NCBI RefSeq assembly: GCF_963921235.1
Contig: NC_086097.1
Span: forward strand, 141,050,001 to 141,114,000
Reading direction: 5' to 3'
Length of the DNA: 64,000 bases
Origin: Mobula hypostoma
Lineage: Eukaryota
Each line of letters begins with the position of its first letter. The first letter of the stretch is position 1. Positions 12,001-24,561 of this stretch are shown piece after piece. The notes under the pieces were generated by a model, which worked only from the letters and a program-made list of their open reading frames with translations, ran no database searches and was not told the origin of the DNA. The translations under genes were made by a program, and so were the position numbers.

Positions 12001-15000
12001 AGGCATCAGACTGGGCAGGAATCTGAAGTCTTCAGGCTTGAGACTAAGCAGGAGGCTGGAGTCGTCAGGATTGAGGCTGATGCTAGGCAGGAGTCTGGAC
12101 TCTTCAGGCTTGAGGCTAGGCAGGAGGCTTGAGTCTTCAGGCTTGAGGCTAGGCAGGAGGCTGCAGTCTTCAGGCTAGATGCTAGGCATGATTGTGGAGT
12201 CGTCAGGATTGAGGCTAGGCAGGAGTCTGGAGTATTCAGGCTTCAGGCTAGGCAGGAGGCTGGATTATTCAGGTTTGAGGCTAAGCACGAGGCTGGTGTC
12301 TTCAGGCATCAGGATAGGCACGAAGCTGGAGTCTTCAAGCTTGAGGCTAGGCAGGAGGCTGGAGTCTTCAATCTAGAGTTTAGGCAGGAGGCTGGAGTCT
12401 TCAGGCTAGAGGCTAGGCAGGAGGCTAGAGTCTTCAGGTTTGAGGCTAGGCAGGAGGCTGGAGACTTCAGGTTAGCGGTGAAGCAGGAGGCTGGACACTT
12501 CCGGCTAGAGGCTAGGCAGGAGGCTGGAGTCTTCAGACTTGAGGCTAGGCAGGAGGCTGGAGTCTTCAGGCTTGAGGCTAGGCAGGAGGCTGGAGTCTTC
12601 AGGCTTGAGGCTAGGCAGGAGGCTTGAGTCTTCAGGCTTGAGGCTAGGCAGGAGGCTGGAGTCTTTAGGCTAGAGGTTAGGCAGGAGGCTGGAGTCTTCA
12701 TGCTAGTGGCTAAGCAGGAGGCTGGAGTCTTCAGTCTGGAGGCTAGAGGCTAGAGACTTGTAGCGAGGCTTGGTAGGAGGCTGGAAACTTGAGACGAGGC
12801 GAGGCTTGGCAGGAGCCGAGAGACTTGAGACTTCAGGCGAGGCTTGGCAGGAGGTTGGAGACTTCAGGACTGAGGCTAGGCAGGAGGCTGGAGTCTTCAG
12901 GCTTCAGGCTAGGCAGGAGGCTGGAGTCTTCAGGATTGAGGCTAGGCAGGAGGCTGGAGTCTTCAGGCTTGAAGCTAGGCAGGAGGCTGGAGTCTTTAGG
13001 ATTGAGGCTAGGCAGGAGGATGGAGTCATCAGGCTTGAGGCTAGGCAGGATGTTGGAGTCTTAAGGATTGAGGCTAGGCAGGAGGCTGGAGTCTTCAGGC
13101 TTGAGGCTAGGCAGGAGGCTGGAGTCTTCAGGCTTGAGGCTAGGCAGGAGGCTGGAGTCTTTAGGTTTGAGGCTAGGCAGGAGGCTGGAGTCTTCAGGCT
13201 TGAGGCTAGAGGCTAAAGATTTCAAGCGATGCTTCGTAGGAGGCTGGAGACTGGAGACGAGGCGATCCTTGGCAGTAGGGTGGAGACTTGAGAATTCAGG
13301 CGAGGCTTGACAGGAGGCTAGCGACTTGAGACTTGAGACGAGGCTAGGCACGTGGCAGTACTCCAGGCTAGAGGCTATGCAGGCTGTTGGAGTCGTCTGG
13401 CTTGAGGTTAGGCAGGAGGCTGGAGTCTTTAGGGTAGAGGCTAGAGGCTAGAGACATGAAGCGAGGCTTCGTAGGAGGGTGGAGACTTTTGACGAGGCGA
13501 GACTTGGCAGGAGGCTGGACTCTTGAGAATTGAGGCGAGGCTTGGCAGGAGGGTGGAGTCTTCAGGACTGAGGCTAGGGAGGAGGCTAGAGTCTTCAAGC
13601 TTGAGGCTAGGCAGGAGGCTGGAGTCTTCAGGTTATCGGTGAAGCAGGAGGCTGGAGTCTTCCGGCTAGTGGTTAGGCAGCAGGCTGTGGTCTTCAGACT
13701 TGAGGCTAGGCAGGAGGCTGGAGTCTTCAGGCTGGAAACTAGGCAGGAGGCTGGCATTTTCAGGCTTGAGGGTAGGCTGGATACTGGAGTCTTCATACTT
13801 GAGGTTAGGCAGGAGGCTGGAGTCTTCAGGCTTGAGGCTAAGCAGGAGGCTGGAGTCTTCAGGCTGGAAGCTAGGCAGGAGGCTGGCATTTTCAGGCTTG
13901 AGGGTAGGCTGGATACTGGAGTCTTCAGGATTGAGGCTAGGCAGGAGGCTGGAGTCTTCAGGCTTGAGGCTAGGCAGGAGGCTGGAGTCTTCAGGCTAGA
14001 GGTTAGGCAGGAGGCTGGAGTCTTCATGCTAGTGGCTAAGCAGGAGGCTGGAGTCTTCAGGCTTGAAGCTAGGCATGAGGCTGGAGTCTTAAGGATTGAG
14101 GCTAGGCAGGAGGATGGAGTCATCAGGCTTGAGGCTAGGCAGGAGGTTGGAGTCTTACGGATTGAGGCTAGGCAGGAGGCTGGAGTCTTCAGGCTTGAGG
14201 CTAGAGGATAAAGATTTCAAGCGATGCTTCGTAGGAGGCTGGAGACTGGAGACGAGGCGATCCTTGGCAGTAGGGTGGAGACTTGAGAATTCAGGCGAGG
14301 CTTGACAGGAGGCTAGCGATTTGAGACTTGAGACGAGGCTAGGCACGTGGCAGTACTCCAGGCTAGAGGCTATGCAGGCTGTTGGAGTCGTCTGGCTTGA
14401 AGTTAGGCAGGAGGCTGGAGTCTTTAGGCTAGAGGCAAGAGGCTACAGACTTGAAGCGAGGCTTCGTAGGAGGGTGGAGACTTTTGACGAGGCGAGGCTT
14501 GGCAGGAGGCTGGACTCTTGAGAATTGAGGCGAGGCTTGGCAGGAGGGTAGAGTCTTCAGGACTGAGGCTAGGGAGGAACCTAGAGTCTTCAAGCTTGAG
14601 GCTAGGCAGGAGGCTGGAGTCTTCAGGTTATCGGTGAAGAAGGAGGCTGGAGTCTTTCGGCTAGTGGCTAGGCAGCAGGCTGTGGTCTTCAGACTTGAGG
14701 CTAGGCTGGAGGCTGGAGTCTTCAGGCTGGAAACTAGGCAGGAGGCTGGCATTTTCAGGCTTGAGGGTAGGCCGGATACTGGAGTCTTCATACTTGAGGT
14801 TAGGCAGGAGGCTGGAGTCTTCACGTTTGAGGCTAGGCAGGAGGCTGGAGTCTTCAGGCTTGAGGCTAAGCAGGAGGCTGGAGTCTTCAGGCTGGAAGCT
14901 AGGCAGGAGGCTGGCATTTTCAGGCTTGAGGGTAGGCAGGAGGCTGGAGTCTTCAGGATTGAGGCTAGGCAGGAGGCTGGAGTCTTCAGGCTTGAGGCTA

Positions 15001-18000
15001 GGCAGGAGGCTGGAGACTTCAGGCTTGAGGCTAAGCAGGATGTTGGAGTCTTCAGACTTGAGGTTAGGCAGGCGGCTGGAGTATTCACGTTTGTGGCTAG
15101 GCAGGAGGCTGGAGTCTTCAGGTTTGAGGCTAAACAGGAGGCTGGAGTCTTCAGGCTTGAGGCTAGGCAGGAGGCTAGTGTCTTCAGGCATCAGGCTGGG
15201 CAGGAATCTGGAGTGTTCAGGCTTGAGGCTAGGCAGGAGACTGGACTCTTCAGGCTTGAGGCTAGGCAGGAGGCTGGAATCTTCAGACTTGAGGTTAGGC
15301 AGAAGGCTTGAGTCTTCAAGCTTGAGGCTAGGCAGGAGGCTGGAGTCTTCAGGCTTGAGGCTAAGCAGGAGGTTTGAGCCTTCAGGCTCGAGGCTAGGCA
15401 GGAGGATGGAGTCGTCAGGATTGAGGCTGAGGCTGGGCAGGAGTCTGGAGTCTTCAGGCTTGAGGCTAGGCAGTAGGCTGCAGTCTTCAGGCTACAGGCT
15501 AGGCAGGAGGCTGCATTCTTCAGGCTAGATGCTAGGCATGATGTTGGAGTCGTCAGGAATGAGGCTAGGCAGGAGGCTGGAGTCTTCAGGCTTGAGGCTA
15601 GGCAGGAGACCGGAGACTTCAGGTTTGTGGCTAGGCAGGAGGCTGTATTCTTCAGGCTAGAGGCTAGGCAGGAGGCTAGAGTCTTCAGCCTTGCGGCTAG
15701 GAAGGAGGCTGGTGTCTTCAGGCATCAGACTGGGCAGGAATCTGAAGTCCTCAGGCTTGAGACTAAGCAGGAGGCTGGAGTCGTCAGGATTGAGGCTGAT
15801 GCTAGGCAGGAGTCTGGACTCTTCAGGCTAGAGGCTAGGCAGGAGGCTTGAGTCTTCAAACTTGAGGCTAGGCAGGAGGCTGCAGTCTTCAGGCTAGATG
15901 CTAGACATGATTGTGGAGTCGTCAGGATTGAGGCTAGGCAGGAGTCTGGAGTATTCAGGCATCAGGCTAGGCAGCGGGCAGCATTATTCAGGTTTCAGGC
16001 TAGGCACGAGGCTGGTGTCTTCAGGCATCAGGATAGGCACGAAGCTGGAGTCTTCAAGCTTGAGGCTAGGCAGGAGGTTGGAGTCTTCAGGCTAGAGGCT
16101 AAGCAGGAGGCTGGAGTTTTCAGGCTAGAGGCTAGGCAGGAGGCTAGAGTCTTCAGGTTTGAGGCTAGGCAGGAGGCTGGAGACTTCAGGTTAGCGGTGA
16201 AGCAGGAGGCTGGACACTTCCGGCTAGAGGCTAGGCAGGAGGCTGGAGTCTTCAGACTTGAGGCTAGGCTGGAGGCTGGAGTCTTCAGGCTAGAAGCTAG
16301 GCTGGAGGCTGGAGTCTTCAGTCTTGAACCTAAGTAGGAGGCTTGAGTCTTCAGGCTTGAGGCTAGGCAGGAGGCTGGAGTCTTCAGGCTAGAGGTTAGG
16401 CAGGAGGCTGGAGTCTTCATGCTAGTGGCTAAGCAGGAGGCTGGAGTCTTCAGTCTGGAGGCTAGAGGCTAGAGACTTGTAGCGAGGCTTGGTAGGAGGC
16501 TGGAAACTTGAGACGAGGCGAGGCTTGGCAGGAGCCGAGAGACTTGAGACTTCAGGCGAGGCTTGGCAGGAGGTTGGAGACTTCAGGATTGAGTGTAGGC
16601 AGCAGGCTGGAGTCTTCAGGCTTCAGGCTAGGCGGAAGGCTGGAGCCTTCAGGATTGTGGCTAGGCAGGAGGCTGGAGTCTTCAGGCTTGAAGCTAGGCA
16701 GGAGGCTGGAGTCTTAAGGATTGAGGCTAGGCAGGAGGATGGAGTCATCAGGCTTGAGGCTAGGCAGGAGGTTGGAGTCTTACGGATTGAGGCTAGGCAG
16801 GAGGCTGGAGTCTTCAGGCTTGAGGCTAGGCAGGAGGCTGGAGTCTTCAGGCTTGAGACTAGGCAGGAGGCTGAAGTCTTTAGGTTTGATGCTCGGCAAG
16901 AGGATGGAGTCTTCAGGCTTGAGGCTAGAGGATAAAGATTTCAAGCGATGCTTCGTAGGAGGCTGGAGACTGGAGACGAGGCGATCCTTGGCAGTAGGGT
17001 GGAGACTTGAGAATTCAGGCGAGGCTTGACAGGAGGCTAGCGACTTGAGACTTGAGACGAGGCTAGGCACGTGGCAGTACTCCAGGCTAGAGGCTATGCA
17101 GGCTGTTGGAGTCGTCTGGCTTGAGGTTAGGCAGGAGGCTGGAGTCTTTAGGCTAGAGGCTAGGCAGGAGGCTGGAGTCTTCAGGCTTGAGGCTAGGCAG
17201 GAGGGTGGAGACTTTTGACGAGGCGAGGCTTGGCAGGAGGCTGGACTCTTGAGAATTGAGGCGAGGCTTGGCAGGAGGGTGGAGTCTTCAGGACTGAGGC
17301 TAGGGAGGAGGCTAGAGTCTTCAAGCTTGAGGCTAGGCAGGAGGCTGGAGTCTTCAGGTTATCGGTGAAGCAGGAGGCTGGAGTCTTCCGGCTAGTGGCT
17401 AGGCAGCAGGCTGTGGTCTTCAGACTTGAGGCTAGGCTGGAGGCTGGAGTCTTCAGGCTGGAAACTAGGCAGGAGGCTGGCATTTTCAGGCTTGAGGGTA
17501 GGCTGGATACTGGAGTCTTCATACTTGAGGTTAGGCAGGAGGCTGGAGTCTTCAGGCTTGAGGCTAAGCAGGAGGCTGGAGTCTTCAGGCTGGAAGCTAG
17601 GCAGGAGGCTGGCATTTTCAGGCTTGAGGGTAGGCTGGATACTGGAATCTTCAGAATTGAGGTTAGGCAGAAGGCTTGAGGCTAGGCAGGAGGCTGGAGT
17701 CTTCAGGCTAGAGGTTAGGCAGGAGGCTGGAGTCTTCATGCTAGTGGCTAAGCAGGAGGCTGGAGTCTTCAGGCTTGAAGCTAGGCATGAGGCTGGAGTC
17801 TTAAGGATTGAGGCTAGGCAGGAGGATGGAGTCATCAGGCTTGAGGCTAGGCAGGAGGTTGGAGTCTTACGGATTGAGGCTAGGCAGGAGGCTGGAGTCT
17901 TCAGGCTTGAGGCTAGAGGATAAAGATTTCAAGCGATGCTTCGTAGGAGGCTGGAGACTGGAGACGAGGCGATCCTTGGCAGTAGGGTGGAGACTTGAGA

Positions 18001-21000
18001 ATTCAGGCGAGGCTTGACAGGAGGCTAGCGATTTGAGACTTGAGACGAGGCTAGGCACGTGGCAGTACTCCAGGCTAGAGGCTATGCAGGCTGTTGGAGT
18101 CGTCTGGCTTGAAGTTAGGCAGGAGGCTGGAGTCTTTAGGCTAGAGGCAAGAGGCTACAGACTTGAAGCGAGGCTTCGTAGGAGGGTGGAGACTTTTGAC
18201 GAGGCGAGGCTTGGCAGGAGGCTGGACTCTTGAGAATTGAGGCGAGGCTTGGCAGGAGGGTAGAGTCTTCAGGACTGAGGCTAGGGAGGAACCTTGAGTC
18301 TTCAAGCTTGAGGCTAGGCAGGAGGCTGGAGTCTTCAGGTTATCGGTGAAGAAGGAGGCTGGAGTCTTTCGGCTAGTGGCTAGGCAGCAGGCTGTGGTCT
18401 TCAGACTTGAGGCTAGGCTGGAGGCTGGAGTCTTCAGGCTGGAAACTAGGCAGGAGGCTGGCATTTTCAGGCTTGAGGGTAGGCCGGATACTGGAGTCTT
18501 CAGGCTTGAGGTTAGGCAGGAGGCTGGAGTCTTCAGGTTTGAGGCTAGGCAGGAGGCTGGAGGCTTCAGGCTTGAGGCTAAGCAGGAGGCTGGAGTCTTC
18601 AGGCTGGAAGCTAGGCAGGAGGCTGGCATTTTCAGGCTTGAGGGTAGGCTGGATACTGGAAACTTCAGAATTGAGGTTAGGTAGAAGGCTTGAGGCTAGG
18701 CAGGAGGCTGGAGACTTCAGGCTTGAGGCTAGGCAGGAGGTTGGAGTCTTCAGACTTGAGGTTAGGCAGGAGGCTGGAGTCTTCAGTCTAGAAGCTAGGC
18801 AGGAGGCTGGAGTCTTCAGGACTGAGGCTAGGCAGGAGGCTGGAGTCTTTAGGCTAGAGGCTAGGCAGGAGGCTAGTGTCTTCAGGCATCAGGCTGGGCA
18901 GGAATCTGGAGTGTTCAGGCTTGAGGCAAGGCAGGAGACTGGACTCTTCAGGCTTGAGGCTAGGCAGGAGGCTGGAGTCTTCAGACTTGAGGTTAGGCAG
19001 AAGGCTGGAGTCTTCAAGCTTGAGGCTAGGCAGGAGGCTGGAGTCTTCAGGCTTGAGGATAAGCAGGATGTTTAAGCCTTCAGGCTCGAGGCTAGGCAGG
19101 AGGATGGAGTCAGGATTGAGGCTGAGGCTTGGCAGGAGGCTGGAGTCTTCAGGCTTGAGGCTAGGCAGTAGGACTTGAGACTTCAGGCGAGGCTTGGCAG
19201 GAGGCTGGAGACTTGAGGCGAGGCTTGGCAGGAGGTTGGAGACTTCAGGATTGAGTGTAGGCAGGAGGCTGGAGTCTTCAGGCTTGAGGCTAGGCAGGAG
19301 GCTGGAGTCTTCAGACTTGAGGCTAGGTTGGAGGCTGGAGTCTTCAGGATAGAGGTTAGGCAGGAGGCTGGAGTCTTCATGCTAGAGGCTAAGCAGGAGG
19401 CTGGAGTCTTCAGGCTAGAGGCTAGGCAGGAGGCTGGAGTCTTCAGGCTAGAGGCTTGGTAGGAGGCTGGAAACTTGAGACGAGGCAAGGCTTGGCAGGA
19501 GCCTAGAGACTTGAGACTTCAGGCGAGGCTTGGCAGGAGGCTGGAGACTTGAGGCGAGGCTTGGCAGGAGGTTGGAGACTTCAGGATTGAGTGTAGGCAG
19601 GAGGCTAGTGTCTTCAGGCATCAGGCTGGGCAGGAATCTGGAGTGTTCAGGCTTGAGGCTAGGCAGGAGGATGGAGTCTTTAGGCTTGAGGCTAGGCAGG
19701 AGACTGGACTCTTCAGGCTTGAGGTTAGGCAGAAGGTTTGAGTCTTCAAGCTTGAGGCTCGGCAGGAAGCTGCAGTCTTCAGGCTACAGGCTAGGCAGGA
19801 GGCTGCATTCTTCAGGCTAGATGCTAGGCATGATGTTGGAGTCGTCAGGAATGAGGCTAGGCAGGAGGCTGGAGTCTTCAGGCTTGAGGCTAGGCAGGAG
19901 ACCGGAGACTTCAGGTTTGTGGCTAGGCAGGAGGCTGGAGTCTTCAGGCTAGAGGCTAGGCAGGAGGCTAGAGTCTTCAGGCTTGAGGCTAGGCAGGAGG
20001 CTGGTGTCTTCAGGCATCAGGCTGGGCAGGAATCTGGAGTCTTCAGGCTTGAGGCTAGGCAGGGGGCTGGAGTCTTCAGGCGTGAGGCTAGGCAGGAGGC
20101 TGGAGTCTTCAGGCTTGAGGCTAGGCAGGAGGCTGGAGTCTTCAGACTTGAGGCTAGGCTGGAGGCTGGAGTCTTCAGGCTAGAGGCTAGAGCAGGAGGT
20201 GGAGTCGTCAGGATTGAGGCTAGGCAGGAGTCTGGAGGATTGAGGCTGAGGCTAGGCAGGAGGCTGGAATCTTCAGGCTAGAGGCTAAGCACGAGGCTGG
20301 TGTTTTCAGGCATCAGGATAGGCACGAAGCTGGAGTCTTCAAGCTTGAGGCTAGGCAGGAGGCTGGAGTCTTCAATCTAGAGTTTAGGCAGGAGGCTGGA
20401 GTCTTCAGGCTAGAGGCTAGGCAGGAGGCTGGAGTCTTCAGGATTGAGGCTAGGCAGGAGGCTGGAGACTTCAGGTTAGCGGTGAAGCAGGAGGCTGGAC
20501 ACTTCCGGCTAGAGGCTAGGCAGGAGGCTGGAGTCTTCAGACTTGAGGCTAGGCTGGAGGCTGGAGTCTTCAGGCTAGAAGCTAGGCTGGAGGCTGGAGT
20601 CTTCAGGCTTGAAGCTAGGCAGGAGGCTGGAGTCTTCAGGCTTGAGGCTAGGTAGGAGGCTGGAGTCTTCAGGCTAGAGGTTAGGCAGGAGGCTGGAGTC
20701 TTCATGCTAGTGGCTAACCAGGAGGCTGGAGTCTTCAGTCTGGAGGCTAGAGGCTAGAGACTTGAAGCGAGGCTTGGTAGGAGGCTGGAAACTTGAGACG
20801 AGGCAAGGCTTGGCAGGAGCCTAGAGACTTGAGACTTCAGGCTTGAGACTAAGTAGGAGGCTTGAGTCTTCAGGCTCAGGCTAGGCAAGAGGCTGGAGTC
20901 GTCAGGCTAGGGGTTAGGCAGGAGGCTGGAGTCTTCAGGCTAGAAGCTAGGCAGGAGGCTGGAGACTTCAGGCTTGAGACTAAGTAGGAGGCTTGAGTCT

Positions 21001-23150
21001 TCAGGCTAGAGGTTAGGCAGGAGGCTGGAGTCTTCATGCTAGTGGCTAACCAGGAGGCTGGAGTCTTCAGTCTGGAGGCTAAAGGCTAGAGACTTGAAGC
21101 GAGGCTTGGTAGGAGGCTGGAAACTTGAGAAGAGGCGAGGCTTGGCAGGAGGTTGGAGACTTCAGGATTGAGTGTAGGCAGGAGGCTGGAGTCTTCAGGC
21201 TTGAGGCTAGGCAGGAGGCTGGAGTCTTCAGGCTTGAAGCTAGGCAGGAGGCTAGTGTCTTCAGGCATCAGGCTGGGCAGGAATCTGGAGTGTTCAGGCT
21301 TGAGGCTAGGCAGGAGGCTGGAGTCTTTAGGCTTGAGGCTAGGCAGGAGACTGGACTCTTCAGGCTTGAGGCTAGGCAGGAGGCTGGAATCTTCAGACTT
21401 GAGGTTAGGCAGAAGGCTTGAGTCTTCAAGCTTGAGGCTAGGCAGGAGGCTGGAGTCTTCATGCTTGAGGCTAAGCAGGAGGTATGAGCCTTCAGGCTCG
21501 AGGCTAGGCAGGAGGATGGAGTCGTCAGGATTGAGGCTGAGGCTAGGCAGGAGGCTGGAATCTTCAGGCTAGAGGCTAAGCACGAGGCTGGTGTTTTCAG
21601 GCATCAGGATAGGCACGAAGCTGGAGTCTTCAAGCTTGAGGCTAGGCAGGGGGCTGGAGTTTTCAGGCGTGAGGCTAGGCAGGAGGCTGGAGTCTTCAGG
21701 ATTGAGGCTAGGCAGGAGGCTGGAGTCTTCAGGCGTGAGGCAGTGCAGGAGGCTGGAGACTTCAGGCTTGAGGCTAAGATGGAGTCTTGAGTCTTCAGAC
21801 TTGAGGTTAGGGAGGAGGCTGGAGTCTTCAGGATTGAGGCTAGGCAGGAGGCTGGAGTCTTCAGGTTTGTGGCTTGGCAGGAGGCTGGCGTCTTCAGGTT
21901 TGTGGCTAGGCTGGAGGATGGAGTCTTCAGGCTAGAAGCTAGGCAGTAGGCTGTAGTCTTCACGCTAGAGGCTAGGCAGGATGTTGGAGTCGTCAGGCTT
22001 GAGGTTAGGCAGCAGGCTGGAGTCTTCACGCTTGAGGTTAGGGAGGAGGCTGCAGTCTTCAGGATTGAGGCTAGGCAGGAGGCTGGAGACTTCAGGCTTG
22101 AGGCTAGGCAGGAGGCTGGTGTCTTGAGGTTTCTGGCTAGGCAGGAGGCTGGCATCTTCAGGTTTGTGGCTAGGCAGGAGGCTGGAGTCTTCAGGCTTGA
22201 GGCTAGGCAGGAGGCTAGATTCTTCAGGCTTGAGGCTAGGCAGGAGGCTGGTGTCTTTAGGCTTGAGGCTAGGCAGGAGGTTGCAGTCTTCAGGCTTGAG
22301 GCTTGGTAGGAGGCTGGAGTCTTTAGGCTTGAGGCTAGGCAGGAGGCTGGAGTCTTCAGGTTAGAGGTTAGGCAGGGGGCTGGAGTCTTCCGGCTCGAGG
22401 CTAGGCAGGAGGCTGGAGTCTTCAGGTTATAGGTGAGGCAGGGGGCTGGAGTCTTCCGGCTCGAGGCTAGGCAGGAGGCTGGAATCTTCAGACTTGAAGC
22501 TAGGCTGTAGGCTGGAGTCTTCAGACTTGAGGTTAGGCAGGAGGCTGGAGTCTTCAGGGTTGAGGCTAGGCAGGAGGCTGGAGTCTTCAGGCTCGAAGTT
22601 AGGCAGGTGGCTGGAGTCCAGGCTTGAGGCTAAGCAGGAGGCTGGAGTCTTGAGGCTTGTGACTAGGCAGGAGGCTGGAGTCTTCAGGCTAGAAGTTAGG
22701 CAGGTGGCTGGAGTCCAGGCTTGAGGCTAAGCAGGAGGCTGGAGTCTTGAGGCTTGTGACTAGGCAGGAGGCTGGAGTCTTCAGGCTAGAAGTTAGGCAG
22801 GAGGCTGGACTCTTCAGGCTAGAGGCTAAGCAGGAGGCTGGAGTCTTCAGGCTAGTGGTTAGGCAGGACATTGGCGTCGTGAGGCTTGAGCTTAGGCAGG
22901 AGGCTGGAATCTTCAGTCTAGAGGGTAGAGGCTAGAGACTTGAAGCGAGGCTTCGTAGGAGGCTGGAGACTCGAGACGAGGCGAGGCTGGGCAGGAGGTT
23001 GGAGACCTCAGACTTGAGGCTAGGCTTGGCAAGAGCCTGGAGACCTGAGACTTGAGGCCTGGCTTGGCAGGAGGCTGGGGACTTGAGACTTGGGGCCTGG
23101 CTTGGCAGGAGGCTGGGGACTTGAGACTTGAGGTGAGTCGAGGCAGGAGA
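1..23150. repeat. Giant 33-bp minisatellite/satellite array (about 700 monomers in window, continuing off the left edge) with higher-order duplications
   Basis: Consensus GAGGCTAGGCAGGAGGCTGGAGTCTTCAGGCTT repeats throughout. The ORF track shows 11-aa periodicity (RLEARQEAGVF, GLRLGRRLESS, SLKTPASCLAS). Diverged spacer cassettes are interspersed. Confidence 0.98.
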
Positions 23151-23929
23151 CTGGAAGCTCCTCCTGGGCAGGGTGCGGAACTCCACCCGACGGAGGCAAG
23201 GGACAGGAAGGGACAGAACCAACCACAGCTAACGGCAAGACGGCCTGGCTCACCCGACAACGGCAGGGGACAGGAAGGGGCAGAACCAACCGCAGGTAAC
23301 GGCAAGACGGCCTGGCTCACCCGACAACGGCAGGGGACAGGAAGGGGCAGAACCAACCGCAGGTAATGGCAAGACGGCCTGGCTGACCCGACAGAGGCAA
23401 GGGACAGGAAGTGACAGAACCAACCACAGGTAACAGCAAGACGACCTGGCTTACCTGACGGAGGCAAGGGACAGGAAGGGACAGAACCAACCGCAGGTAA
23501 CAGCAAGATGGCCTGGTTTACCTGACGGAGGCAAGGGACAGGAAGGGAGCTGGTACGGGCTGGCTCCAGGACAAGACAGCAAGACAAGGCAAGGCTTCAG
23601 GCAATGCAAGGCAAGACAGAACTTCAGGCGCGGCGAGAGTTACTGGCAAGGCAAGGCAGGGCTTCAGGTATTGCAAGGCGAAACGAGAACTTGAGGCAAG
23701 GCGAGGAAACAGAAAGCAGTGGGAAGGGATACAAGGAGTAAGAACAAGAACAATCCAGCAGCCAGGCCCTGGTCTCTGAAGGTATTTATGCAGCCATCCC
23801 CAACGAGCATCAGCTAACTCAATTAGAGCTCAACAAGAACAGAAACAGGGTAGACAGGAAAACCTGGAGCAAGGGTCGATGGACCGGACCGTGAACCGGA
23901 TTACGGTCTTCACGGACTGGACCATGACA
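23151..23929 (-). mobile_element. Terminal part of an LTR (Gypsy-like) that appears to host the satellite array
   Basis: Ends ...ACCATGACA at 23929 (TGTCATGGT on the minus strand). GGTATTTAT (TATA-like on minus) at 23781-23789. Same terminus and motif spacing as the TSD-flanked LTR at 44194-45459. Confidence 0.75.
23184..23548. repeat. 67-bp tandem repeat, 5 full copies plus a partial, inside the LTR
   Basis: Unit cacccgacggaggcaagggacaggaagggacagaacc... starts at 23184, 23251, 23318, 23385, 23452 and 23519. Confidence 0.92.
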
Positions 23930-24561
23930 ACAGGATTTTGCAAATTTGATTGGGAGAAGCTGTTTGCAGGTATGGGAAGTGGCAGGCGTCTGAAAGTGTA
24001 ATAGGAAGGGTTCAGACCATAAGACATGAGAGTAGAAATTCGGCCATTTGGTCCATCGAGTCTGCCCGAATCCATCATAGTTGATTTATTACCCCCATCA
24101 ATGTCATTTTTCTGACCTCCCAGTAACCTTTGATTCCCTTTCTAATCAAGAACCTATCAATCTTTGCATTAAATATACCCAGTTATATTGGAAGCCAAGG
24201 CTGACAGAATTATGGATTATAGTTGATGAGGGATATTGAGGGTTTCTTCAGGGAAAAAGGAGAATATATGTCAAGTATTGTCTGTTGTGATCAAGTGAAT
24301 CCCCTGAACTGTACAAAAGATATAGGAGTACACTTAAGAGGAAAATCAGGAGGACAAATTCTTCCGATCGTTTTGACGGATAAGGCAAAGGGGAAACCTA
24401 AGGTGTTCTATAAGAATATCAAGAGGAAAAAGGTAACCAGAACGATTGTGGAGTTACACGAGATAGGGCAAGAACTTAAATGAATATTTATTATCTGTAA
24501 TTACTGTAGAGAAGACTGGAAGCTAAGAAGTTCATAGCAGAGAAAATGATGTCTTCAAATA

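Noticed and set aside
224-22935. Dozens of ORFs up to 308 aa (RLEARQEAGVF, GLRLGRRLESS, SLKTPASCLAS, PEDSSLLPSLK repeats)
   Set aside because: The monomer is 33 bp, a multiple of 3, so stop-free frames arise automatically on both strands. Frames break at random and show no gene structure.
1-23548. CRISPR-like repeat/spacer appearance of the array and the 67-bp repeats
   Set aside because: The units are contiguous tandem copies without unique spacers, there are no cas genes, and the context is eukaryotic.
22913-23587. 224-aa Cys/Pro-rich minus-strand ORF
   Set aside because: It is a translation of the 67-bp tandem repeat and LTR sequence.
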